Below are positions 53,849-61,901 of a stretch of 64,000 nt of DNA, one piece after another. The DNA is from an uncultured Actinomycetes bacterium. Lineage in GTDB: Bacteria; Actinomycetota; Thermoleophilia; Gaiellales; Gaiellaceae. A program made the translations under genes and the position numbers. The notes below the pieces were generated by a model. The model did not search any database and was not told where the DNA came from. It saw nothing but the letters and a program-made list of their open reading frames with translations. The stretch is from contig CAVPGP010000005.1 in NCBI GenBank assembly GCA_963704025.1, positions 443,386-507,385 on the forward strand. The letters are read 5' to 3'. How positions within the stretch are numbered: position 1 is the stretch's first letter; each line of letters starts with the position of its first letter.

Positions 53849-55816
53849 GTGTCGCACCCTGATCTAAAGTCCGAGCAGGCTTACGTCGACCGCGCCTACG
53901 CGCACCTCGAGCGCATGCGCGCGGCGGTCGAGGCTGCCCCGACGAAGATCGACGACGAGGTGCTGGGCAAGTACCTCGACGCCTGGGCGGCGCGGCGGCT
54001 CGTCACCTTCGAGGACGCGGAGCGCGGCCTCTGCTTCGGCCGTCTGGACGTCGAGAGCATCGCCAGGCCGCTCTACGTCGGCCGCCGCTGGGTGCACGAC
54101 GACGACCAGCAGATGGTGGTCGTCAACTGGCAGGCGCCCGCGGCGCGGCCGTTCTACACCGCGACGCCGGCCGACCCGCAGCGAGTCACGCTCCGCAGGC
54201 GCTTCCGCACGAAGGGGCGGCGGGTGCTCGACATCAGCGACGAGACGCTCGACGGCTCGACCGCCTCGGTCGCGGGCGGGGACTTCCTGCTGGAGGAGCT
54301 CGAGCGCACGCGCGACCGGCACATGCGCGACATCGTGGCGACGATCCAGACGGACCAGTACGCGCTGATCACGCACGACCCGTCGCCGCCGCTCGTCGTC
54401 CAGGGCGGACCGGGCACGGGCAAGACGGCCGTCGGACTGCACCGCGCCTCGTTCCTGCTCTATACCCACCGCGAGCAGCTCGGCCGGCGCGGCGTGCTCG
54501 TCGTCGGCCCGAACGAGACGTTCATGGAGTACGTCTCGCACGTGCTGCCGACGCTGGGCGAGGAGGCGGTCGAGCAGCGCGCGGTCGGCGAGCTGGTCGA
54601 CGGCGCGGCGGCGACACGCGTCGAGGCGGACGACGTGGCCCGTGTCAAGGGCGACCCGCGGCTGGCCGAGGTGATCGCGAGCGCGGTCGCGGCGCTGCCC
54701 CCGGGCCGGCCGGAGGAGATCGTCGTCCGCATCGACGGCGAGTACCCGAACGTGAAGGCGTCGGAGATCGCGGAGATCCTGGCCGGCGTGCGCGACGAGC
54801 TCGGACGCACCGATGCGGCCAGGGAGCGCTTCCGGGCCGAGGTGCTTCGGCGCTTCTACCAGTCCTACGCCCGCAAGCTTGGCAGCGGGGCGTGGCGCTC
54901 GTTCGACGAGATCGAGCGCGGCGTCCGGTCGGGTGGCTACCTGACGAAGAAGCTGGAGCAGGCCTGGCCGTCGGTCTCCGCGGTGCAGCTCGTGCGCCGT
55001 CTGCTCACCTCGCCCTCGCGTCTCGCGGCGGCCGCCGACGGGATCCTCGACCGCGCCGAGCAGCGTCTGCTGCTGCGCGACCGGCCCCGGCGCGCCGCCG
55101 AGCTCCAGTGGAGCGTGCACGACCTGCCGCTGCTCGACGAGGCGCGGACGCTGCTCGAAGGCGCTCCACGCCGGTTCGGGCACGTGATCGTCGACGAGGC
55201 GCAGGATCTGACGCCGATGCAGCTGCGGCTGATCGGCCGCCGCATCGAGGGCGGCTCGTACACGCTGCTCGGCGACGTCGCGCAGGCGACAGGCCCGACG
55301 ACGTACAGCCGCTGGGAAGAGCTCCTCCCCCACCTGCCGCATGCCGGAGAGGTAAGCGTGGAGGAGCTCCGGCACGCCTACCGCGTGCCGGCCGAGATCA
55401 TGGAGCTGGCCCTTCCGCTGCTCGACCGGATCGCACCGGAGATCGCGCGGCCGATCGCGTTCCGCCCGGGCGGCGAGCCGCCCCGGTTCCGGGAGACCGG
55501 TCCGGAGCACGTCCTCGCGGACGCACTCGTGGAAGCGGGCGCGCTCGCCCGCGAGGACGGCCTGCTCGCGGTGATCGCGCCGCAGCGGCTGCTCGACGAG
55601 GCAGAAGGGCTGCGCCAGGTGGAGGGCGGCTCCGCCTTCCACGCCTCGATCCCGCTCCTGACCGCGCGGCGGGCGAAGGGGCTCGAGTTCGACCACGTCG
55701 TGGTCGTCGAGCCGGCGGGAATCGCCGCCGAGGCGGGCGGCCTCCGCGACCTCTACGTCGCGCTGACGCGCCCCACGCAGACGCTCACGGTCGTCCATTC
55801 GCAGCCGCTGCCGTAG
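53849..55816 (+). CDS. helD: HelD-like UvrD/Rep superfamily-1 helicase-fold ATPase (RNA-polymerase-associated HelD/HelR type)
   Basis: 655 aa. Actinobacterial HelD-type N-terminus SEQAYVDRAYAHLERMR...LCFGRLD...LYVGRRWV, Walker A VVQGGPGTGKTAVGLHR, Walker B VIVDEAQDLTPMQ, and the C-terminal RRAKGLEFDHVVVV. GTG start lies 8 nt after a TANNNT box (TAGCCT, 53835-53840). Confidence 0.75.
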   Translation: MSHPDLKSEQAYVDRAYAHLERMRAAVEAAPTKIDDEVLGKYLDAWAARRLVTFEDAERGLCFGRLDVESIARPLYVGRRWVHDDDQQMVVVNWQAPAARPFYTATPADPQRVTLRRRFRTKGRRVLDISDETLDGSTASVAGGDFLLEELERTRDRHMRDIVATIQTDQYALITHDPSPPLVVQGGPGTGKTAVGLHRASFLLYTHREQLGRRGVLVVGPNETFMEYVSHVLPTLGEEAVEQRAVGELVDGAAATRVEADDVARVKGDPRLAEVIASAVAALPPGRPEEIVVRIDGEYPNVKASEIAEILAGVRDELGRTDAARERFRAEVLRRFYQSYARKLGSGAWRSFDEIERGVRSGGYLTKKLEQAWPSVSAVQLVRRLLTSPSRLAAAADGILDRAEQRLLLRDRPRRAAELQWSVHDLPLLDEARTLLEGAPRRFGHVIVDEAQDLTPMQLRLIGRRIEGGSYTLLGDVAQATGPTTYSRWEELLPHLPHAGEVSVEELRHAYRVPAEIMELALPLLDRIAPEIARPIAFRPGGEPPRFRETGPEHVLADALVEAGALAREDGLLAVIAPQRLLDEAEGLRQVEGGSAFHASIPLLTARRAKGLEFDHVVVVEPAGIAAEAGGLRDLYVALTRPTQTLTVVHSQPLP

Positions 55817-55821
55817 CCGCC

Positions 55822-55921
55822 CGTACCTGGTCGCCGACCAGGTACGGAGCAGGTGACGCCAGATGAGGTCGCGAATTTGCAGGGCTTTTGTCGACGCTGT
55901 ACCTGGTCGGGTACCAGGTAC
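55822..55921. repeat. Palindrome doublet E2 (P1 - spacer - P2), inverted relative to E1
   Basis: P1 is GTACCTGGTCGCCGACCAGGTAC (55823-55845). P2 is GTACCTGGTCGGGTACCAGGTAC (55899-55921). The spacer contains TTTGCAGGG (55876-55884), the reverse complement of the E1 nonamer, at the same distance (30 vs 31 nt) from P1. Confidence 0.9.
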
Positions 55922-55947
55922 AGGGCGGTTGGCCGCCGAGCGCCCGC

Positions 55948-57630
55948 CTAGCCGCGGGCCGCCGGCGAGCGCGCGACGTAGGGGGCGAGGTCGACCTCGC
56001 CCTGCTGGGGAAGGTCGTCGTGCGCGCAGACCGCCTCGTCCAGGAGCGGCGCCTCGACGCCGACGAGCCAGCGCCGGTAGGAATCGGCCTGGGCGAACGA
56101 GCGCAGCGCGGCCACCATGGACGTCCTGGCGAGCTCGGGCGGCAACGAGCCGAGCGAGACCGTCTCCTCGAGCGGCGTCACCTTCACGATGCCGTCGGCG
56201 GTCGCGACCCGCCCCGGCCGGGAGAGTGCGAAGAGCTCCCGTGGCGCATTCGCCTCCAGGGCGTAGCCGCGCTTCCTGTCACCGAGCCACGGGACCGCCT
56301 GCGAGACCTCCACGAGGCGGGCGCGGGTCTCGGCGTAGGTCTGCTGAAACCGAGCGATCGCGACGGCCGAGACGCCGCCGACGGTCAGGCGCTCGCGAAT
56401 CCACGTGCGCCGCACGTCGTCCTGGAGGATCGCCCGCACCGAGGCCGGGCGTCTCGCCGCGGCGCGGGTCGCAGCGGCCACCGCCGCGTTGGGGATCGGC
56501 AGCCTCGCGAGCGCGGCCCGCTCGAGCAGCGCGCTGTACGCGACGTCGCGATCCCCGGTCAGACGCTGGAGCGCGGAAAGCGCCGTCAAGCGGATCTGGC
56601 TGCCGTCCGAGAACACGCACTGCGCGCCGGCGGGGAGGACGAGCTGCCCCGCCGTGAGCGACGCGTCGAACTGCGTCCCGCCGGCCTTCTCACCGTCGCA
56701 GAGACGCCGGTCGCGCGCCCAGAGGTAGACGCAGACGGCGTCCGCCTTGTCCGGGTCCTTGCCCGCCTCGCTGAACGTCGCCCAGCCCCACGACCAGATC
56801 GAGTCGGTACCGAGCTCCGCCGTCACCTGCCGTGCCGCGAGCGCCTCGAGCTTGACGATCTCGAGCCACGCGGACTTCGGCTGCAAGCCCTCGCGGCCGC
56901 CCTGGCCCAGCACGGACTGGAACTGCAGCTCGAGCGCGACCCGGTTCGCGGGAATCCCGATCTCGGTGAACTTCCGGACGAGCATCCGCAGCCCGCCGCG
57001 CATCGATCGGCTCGCGCGCGCGGCGCCCAGCTTGTAGAGCCCCTTGACGTTCGGCGACGTGAAGTAGACCTGCCGCACCATCACGGCGACCTTCGCCGCC
57101 TCGCGCCACCAGTCAGCCGCCTCGCCGCCGGTGTAGGGCGGGTTCGCGATCGTCAGGTAGACGCGTGCGCCGCGTGCGTTGAGCTGCTGGAGCAGCGCGA
57201 GCACGTTCGAGCGATAGCGCGCGTTCGTCTCCGACCACGGCGTCTGCGTCTGGGCGCCGAAGAGCTCGTTGAGCGCGATGATCGGGGTCGGGCAACCGGT
57301 CACGGAGACGGCGAAGTCGAAAAGGCGGTTCGCTCGGTCGACGATCGTGGCGGGGTCGGCCGGTGCGACTGTCGTGCCCACCCGGTTGTTGAAGTTGAGA
57401 TCAAAGAAGACCGTCCGGGCCCCCTTCGCCCTCATCTCCGCCGGGATGACGGTTCCGGACGACACTGCCAGCGTCAGCCCCGGCTTGATCGGCACCGGTG
57501 CGTCGTGCCCCGCGTAGTCGACCCAGAACGGCTTCGGCGCGGGGTCTCCGCAGGCATCCGCGCGCGCGATCGGAGGCGCCAGTGCGGCACCGGCGAGAGC
57601 GGCGGCGGCGATCACGACCCCCCGGAGCAT
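55948..57630 (-). CDS. Secreted protein of unknown function (560 aa)
   Basis: Signal peptide [24 protein letters not shown]. The N-terminal half has alternating strand/helix character ([12 protein letters not shown]...[13 protein letters not shown]) compatible with a TIM-barrel hydrolase-like fold, but no motif I can name. Confidence 0.6.
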   Translation of the reverse strand: MLRGVVIAAAALAGAALAPPIARADACGDPAPKPFWVDYAGHDAPVPIKPGLTLAVSSGTVIPAEMRAKGARTVFFDLNFNNRVGTTVAPADPATIVDRANRLFDFAVSVTGCPTPIIALNELFGAQTQTPWSETNARYRSNVLALLQQLNARGARVYLTIANPPYTGGEAADWWREAAKVAVMVRQVYFTSPNVKGLYKLGAARASRSMRGGLRMLVRKFTEIGIPANRVALELQFQSVLGQGGREGLQPKSAWLEIVKLEALAARQVTAELGTDSIWSWGWATFSEAGKDPDKADAVCVYLWARDRRLCDGEKAGGTQFDASLTAGQLVLPAGAQCVFSDGSQIRLTALSALQRLTGDRDVAYSALLERAALARLPIPNAAVAAATRAAARRPASVRAILQDDVRRTWIRERLTVGGVSAVAIARFQQTYAETRARLVEVSQAVPWLGDRKRGYALEANAPRELFALSRPGRVATADGIVKVTPLEETVSLGSLPPELARTSMVAALRSFAQADSYRRWLVGVEAPLLDEAVCAHDDLPQQGEVDLAPYVARSPAARG

Positions 57631-57738
57631 GTGCGGCCAGGATAGAGGCAGCCGTGGTCGGCGGCTCTTCCGCCCGGCTGACGGCCGTGGTAAGGATGAG
57701 CCGGCCGGCCGAACGGCGGGCCGGGGAGAGGAACGGCG

Positions 57739-57861
57739 ATGCCGTTGAGCGATCCGCTGGGCCTGGATCGCGAGACGATGCGGCGGCTCGGCTACCGGGT
57801 TTGCGTCCGCCGCCGCTCGAACGGCGCCGAGGACGAGCGGCTCTCGCGGCGGGCGCCGTGA
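57739..57861 (+). pseudogene. N-terminal stub of a PLP-dependent (group II) decarboxylase-like gene
   Basis: GGAGAGGAA SD, then ATG 57739 gives [21 protein letters not shown], which resembles the start of aromatic-amino-acid/glutamate-type decarboxylases. This is followed by 19 unrelated residues and TGA 57859-57861. The remaining ~450 aa are absent. Confidence 0.45.
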
Positions 57862-58678
57862 CCGCCCTGCGCGTCCTCGGCGCGGTCGCGGGCAACCGGA
57901 GCTGCGCAGGGTCGAGCTCGCCTATGCCGCATTCTGCGGGGCCGAGTGGGCCGTCTGGATCGCCATGCTCGTCTATGCCTACGACCAGGGCGGCGCCACG
58001 ACCGCGGGGCTCGTGGCCGTGGCCCAGCTCGTCCCGGCCGGGCTCTTCGCGCTGCTGGCGGCCGGCTGGGCCGACCGGCACCGCCCCGGCCGCGTGCTCG
58101 CCCTGCGTCACCATCACGCGCCCCGCGCAGGCGGCGCTGCTGCCGACGGTGCCGCGGACGCCGGACGAGCTGACCGCGACGAACGTCGTCTCCGGCTGGA
58201 TCGAGAGCCTCAGCGTGCTGGTCGCCCCCGCTCTCGCCGGTGTGCTGCTCGCCGTCGGCGGAGCCGGCTGGGTCTTCGCGGCGATGGCTCGCCGCTGCCG
58301 TGCACGGAGCTGGAGCGGCTGGCCCGAAACCTGGAGCCGGTGGCCGCACCGACCCGGACGGCCGTCATCCGACAGGGCGAGGCTGGCGATCGCTTCTACG
58401 TCGTCGTCTCGGGGGAGCTCGACGCCGAGGTCGACGGGGCGGCCGCCTGGAGCCTGCACCGCGGCGACGGCTTCGGCGAGATCGCGCTGCTGCGAGACGT
58501 GCCGCGGACGGCCACCGTCGTCGCGCGCGCCGACTCCAGCCTCTACGCACTCGGCCGCAACGATTTCCTCGACGCGATGACCGGCTCCGACCGCGCCCGC
58601 CCGGCGGCCGGGCGCCTCGCGGGCGAGCGGCTCGCCCGTGCGCCCGGGCGCGACATCGGTGCGAGAATCGGCGCGTGA
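57858..58678 (+). pseudogene. Degraded MFS transporter / cyclic-nucleotide-binding-domain fusion gene (three frame switches, most TM segments missing)
   Basis: Four pieces are visible. [14 protein letters not shown] is in frame 0. [28 protein letters not shown]...[16 protein letters not shown] is in frame 2. [60 protein letters not shown] is in frame 0. [17 protein letters not shown]...[19 protein letters not shown]...[21 protein letters not shown] (cNMP-binding) is in frame 2. Only about 4-5 of the expected 12 TM helices are present. Confidence 0.65.
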
Positions 58679-59634
58679 TCGACCCGCTCGAGCGCTGGCG
58701 CCGCCACGGTGAGAAGCCCGACTACGCCGGCCCGGTCAGCTTCGGCGGCGCGCCGTATACCCAGGACCCGGCCCACCTTGCCCGCGCCGACGTCGCGATC
58801 GTCGGCGCACCCACCGACGATCTCGTCTCGGACCGACCGGGCGCGCGCTTCGCGCCCCGCGCGATCCGCGCGGCCAGCTGCCCGCCAGGCCCGCACCTCG
58901 AAGTCGGGGTCGATGCGTTCGCCGAGCTGAGGATCGTCGACTTCGGCGACGCGCCCGTCCTGCCGGCCGATCCGGTGCACTCGCACGAGGCGATCGAGGC
59001 GACCGTGGGCCAGGTGCTCGACGCCGGCGCCGTCCCCGTCGTCCTCGGCGGCGACCATTCGATCACCGAGCCCGACATCCGCGCGGTTGCCGCCCGCCGC
59101 GGCCCGGTGGGGCTGATCCACTTCGACACGCACACGGACACGGGCACCGAGGTCTTCGGCGTCGAGCGCTCGCACGGCACGCCCATGTACCGACTCGTCG
59201 AAGCGGGCCACGTCGATCCCTTGCGCTACGTCCAGATCGGGCTGCGCGGCTACTGGCCGGGCCCGGACGAGTTCGCCTGGCAGGAGGAGCGCGGGATCAC
59301 GAGCTTCTTCATGCACGACGTCCGCGACCGCGGGATCCGGGCGGTGGTGGCCGAGGCGCTGATCGCGGTCGGCAAGGGCCCGGTGTTCCTCACCGTCGAC
59401 ATCGACGTGCTCGATCCGGCGTTCGCGCCGGGCACCGGCACGCCCGAGCCCGGAGGCATGACCGTCGTCGACCTGCTCTGGGCCGCGCGCACCGTGGCGT
59501 CCGCAGTCGACCTGGCGGGCGCCGACATGGTCGAGGTGATCCCGACCGCAGTGGGCTCGGCCGACATCACCGCCCTCGCGGCCGAGCGCATCGTGCGCGA
59601 GATCCTGACGGGGATCGCGCTCCGGCTGCGATGA
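58675..59634 (+). CDS. speB: Agmatinase / ureohydrolase family enzyme
   Basis: GTG 58675 overlaps the preceding TGA (GTGA). Mn-ligand motifs GGDHSIT, IHFDTHTD and VDIDVLDPAFAPGTGTPEPGG. Substrate specificity (agmatine versus other guanidino compounds) cannot be read from the sequence. Confidence 0.85.
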   Translation: MIDPLERWRRHGEKPDYAGPVSFGGAPYTQDPAHLARADVAIVGAPTDDLVSDRPGARFAPRAIRAASCPPGPHLEVGVDAFAELRIVDFGDAPVLPADPVHSHEAIEATVGQVLDAGAVPVVLGGDHSITEPDIRAVAARRGPVGLIHFDTHTDTGTEVFGVERSHGTPMYRLVEAGHVDPLRYVQIGLRGYWPGPDEFAWQEERGITSFFMHDVRDRGIRAVVAEALIAVGKGPVFLTVDIDVLDPAFAPGTGTPEPGGMTVVDLLWAARTVASAVDLAGADMVEVIPTAVGSADITALAAERIVREILTGIALRLR

Positions 59635-60086
59635 GGCGGGCGGTCGTGGCCGCGGCCGCGCTCCTGCTCGCAGGCTGCGGCGAGCCCGGGACGCCGGCGC
59701 ACGTCGCCGCCCGGCCGTGCCTCGTGAAGGCCGGGATGGTGCTCGACCACGGTCGGACGCCGAACCTGCCGTTCCTCTCCCCCTACGACCCCAACCTCGG
59801 GCGGATGCCGTCGCCGGCGACGTTCCGGCGCGATCTGGAGCTGTCGTTCGGCAGTGTCGAGACGGGCGCCAACGACGTGCGGCTGTTCTTCTTCGACGGC
59901 GAGGACGCAGCCGCCCGCAGCGAGAGCCGGATCCGTAAGGGGAGCCTCCGCCGCTACCGCTTCATGCGACGGGGCATCGCCTACGTTCCCGGTGCCGTGC
60001 TCGACCGCGACGGCGCGGTGCTCATCCTCTGGTCGAGCGCGCCGACGAAGGCGCAGCGCACGGTGTTGCTCGGCTGTCTCGGCTGA
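59631..60086 (+). CDS. Lipoprotein of unknown family (paralog 1)
   Basis: Lipobox LLLAGC. The ATG overlaps the speB stop (ATGA). It shares a conserved skeleton with the next gene. Confidence 0.72.
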   Translation: MRRAVVAAAALLLAGCGEPGTPAHVAARPCLVKAGMVLDHGRTPNLPFLSPYDPNLGRMPSPATFRRDLELSFGSVETGANDVRLFFFDGEDAAARSESRIRKGSLRRYRFMRRGIAYVPGAVLDRDGAVLILWSSAPTKAQRTVLLGCLG

Positions 60087-60123
60087 GCCGTGGGAGGCCG
60101 CGATACCTGCTTGGATATCCTGC

Positions 60124-60582
60124 ATGCTCGGCCGGCGGCCAACTCGTGCTCTGCTCTGTGCATTGGCCTGTCTGCCCTTCTCAGTTGGGGCGCTGGCCGG
60201 GTGCGGCGGCTCGTCAAAGGATCCCTGGCAGTCGGCGGCACCGTGCCTGACGCCGCTCGGGACCTTCTACGACCACGGCCGGCCGCTCTCGCTTCCGTGG
60301 CGGAATCCATTCGGGGCCCAGACGGGCCTGATGGCCTCGCCGAAGCCGTTCCAGCGGGAGCTGGAGGTCTCGTACCGCGCCGGCTCGCCCGGGGCGAACG
60401 CCGTCGCGCTCTTCTTCTTCGCCGGGGACGAGGACGCACAGCGCGTGCTGAGGAGGATCCGGAGCGAGCCCAACTTCTTCCCGACGCAGTCGCTCGAGAC
60501 GATCGGCCCGGCGATCGTCCGCTGGTCGAGCACCCCCGCCCCGGGCCAGCACGGCGACCTCGCCGCCTGCATCGGCGGCTGA
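60124..60582 (+). CDS. Lipoprotein of unknown family (paralog 2)
   Basis: ATG 60124, lipobox GALAGC. Compared with paralog 1 it conserves PCL..G...DHGR...LP, G.M.SP..F.R.LE.S, GAN.V.LFFF.G.EDA, WSS.P and a C-terminal Cys. Confidence 0.72.
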   Translation: MLGRRPTRALLCALACLPFSVGALAGCGGSSKDPWQSAAPCLTPLGTFYDHGRPLSLPWRNPFGAQTGLMASPKPFQRELEVSYRAGSPGANAVALFFFAGDEDAQRVLRRIRSEPNFFPTQSLETIGPAIVRWSSTPAPGQHGDLAACIGG

Positions 60583-60723
60583 TGCGCCGAACGCGCACGT
60601 AGAGGCTCCTCTCCGAGGACGACGTCGTTTCTCCTCTCCGAGGACGATGCGAAATCGTCCTCGCGACCGAGCAGGCCGTCCCTACCTTGTTCGAAGGGGC
60701 AAACGGCGAGCAGGAAGGATGAG

Positions 60724-60849
60724 ATGGAGAACACGGTGACCCAGTTCGAGACCCGGTGGAACCGGATGATCGTGGAGCTGATCACGCTCGCCGACGAGGA
60801 TCGGGTCGAGCTCGACGAGCGCGAGGACGCCTCGGAAGATCGCTCCTAG
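60724..60849 (+). CDS. Candidate 41-aa acidic micro-protein
   Basis: GGAAGGA lies 5 nt upstream of ATG 60724. Sequence is MENTVTQFETRWNRMIVELITLADEDRVELDEREDASEDRS*. 38 of 41 codons end in G/C. Below the ORF-track cutoff. Confidence 0.45.
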   Translation: MENTVTQFETRWNRMIVELITLADEDRVELDEREDASEDRS

Positions 60850-60912
60850 GCGCCGGAAATGGATCGCCGGACTGAGTCGTTGACCACTGCATGGGGGCGA
60901 GAAAGACGGGTA

Positions 60913-60928
60913 CCTCCACGCGTGGAGG
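60913..60928. promoter_or_regulatory. Perfect 16-bp palindrome CCTCCACGCGTGGAGG upstream of the PAP2 gene (candidate operator or hairpin)
   Basis: Located 52 nt upstream of ATG 60981 and flanked by GGGTACC / CCGTACC. Confidence 0.35.
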
Positions 60929-60980
60929 AGGGGGGTTGTCCGTACCGACGGGGACCCGGCCCGCCCGTAACCTCGTTGAT

Positions 60981-61724
60981 ATGAACGAGCTACGCCACAG
61001 TCTTTCCCGCCGCTATCCCGGAGTCGTCGAGCTCGGCCTCGCGGTCGCGCTCTACGCCGTCTACGAGATCGTGCGCGGCTTCGGCTCGACCAGCCTGCCG
61101 CTGGCCCGGGCGCACACCGACGAGATCGTCGCTCTCGAGCGTGCCTCCCACCTCTTCGTGGAGCGCTCGGTGCAGCACGCCTCGCACGCCGTGCCTGGAC
61201 TGCCGCCGCTGCTCGGCTTCCTCTACCTCGCGCTGCACCTGATCGGCACGGCCGTCGCCCTCGTCTGGGTCTACCGGCGCCACCCCGAGAAGTTCGCGCT
61301 CGTCCGCACGGCGATCGTCTTCGCCACGGGGATCTCGCTCGTGATCTACGTGCTCTACCCGGCCGCTCCCCCGCGGCTGGCCGGCCTCGGTTTCGCCGAC
61401 ACGGTCAGCCATTCGACAGGCCTGAACCTGAGCTCCGACATGCTCGGCAGCCTGTACAACCCGTTCGCCGCGGTGCCGAGCCTTCACTTCGGCTATGCGC
61501 TGGTCGTCGGGATGGCGATCGCCGCCTACGCCGACCGCCGCTGGGCCCGCATCGCCGGAGCGCTCTATCCCGCGCTGATGCTCTTCGTGATCGTCGCGAC
61601 GGGGAACCACTTCATCTTCGACGCCGCCGCCGGCGGGATCGTCGTGCTCGCCTCCTGGGCGATCGCCCGGCGCCTCGTCGAGCCGCGCGAGCCGAAGCGG
61701 CGCGCCGCGCTCGTCACCTGCTAG
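60981..61724 (+). CDS. PAP2-superfamily membrane protein (PAP2_3 / inositolphosphotransferase-like)
   Basis: ATG 60981. Six TM segments, with C-terminal motifs NPFAAVPSLHFGYA and ATGNHFIFDAAAG. Confidence 0.78.
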   Translation: MNELRHSLSRRYPGVVELGLAVALYAVYEIVRGFGSTSLPLARAHTDEIVALERASHLFVERSVQHASHAVPGLPPLLGFLYLALHLIGTAVALVWVYRRHPEKFALVRTAIVFATGISLVIYVLYPAAPPRLAGLGFADTVSHSTGLNLSSDMLGSLYNPFAAVPSLHFGYALVVGMAIAAYADRRWARIAGALYPALMLFVIVATGNHFIFDAAAGGIVVLASWAIARRLVEPREPKRRAALVTC

Positions 61725-61736
61725 CCACGGCTCGCC

Positions 61737-61901
61737 AGAGGCTTGATGTGAAACTGGAGTGCGTGCGGGGATGGGCCAGATCAAGCGGTTCAGCCGGATC
61801 GGGCGCAGCGCGTGGTGGTGCTACGGGCAAGCCCGAGCCGGCTGAACCGCGCCGCGTCTGGCACACCAGCCGTGCGTGCCTGAGTTTCACATCAAGCCTC
61901 T
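61737..61901. repeat. 165-bp self-complementary element with 19-bp perfect terminal inverted repeats (MITE-like element or structured RNA/terminator)
   Basis: AGAGGCTTGATGTGAAACT (61737-61755) pairs with AGTTTCACATCAAGCCTCT (61883-61901). Internal pairs are GCCAGA/TCTGGC (61775-80 / 61857-62), GCGGTTCAGCCGG/CCGGCTGAACCGC (61785-97 / 61838-50) and TCGGGC/GCCCGA. The octamer GTGCGTGC occurs in direct orientation in both arms (61759-66, 61872-79). Confidence 0.85.

Noticed and set aside
53864-57645. Long ORFs 53864..55798 (-) and 55888..57645 (+)
   Set aside because: They are antisense to helD and to the 560-aa secreted protein, respectively. The opposite-strand proteins carry clear motifs or a signal peptide, whereas these are Arg/Glu/Asp/Pro-rich.
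60267-60785. 172-aa minus-strand ORF
   Set aside because: It overlaps the second lipoprotein gene and the 41-aa ORF in antisense. It has poor coding bias and no SD or motif.
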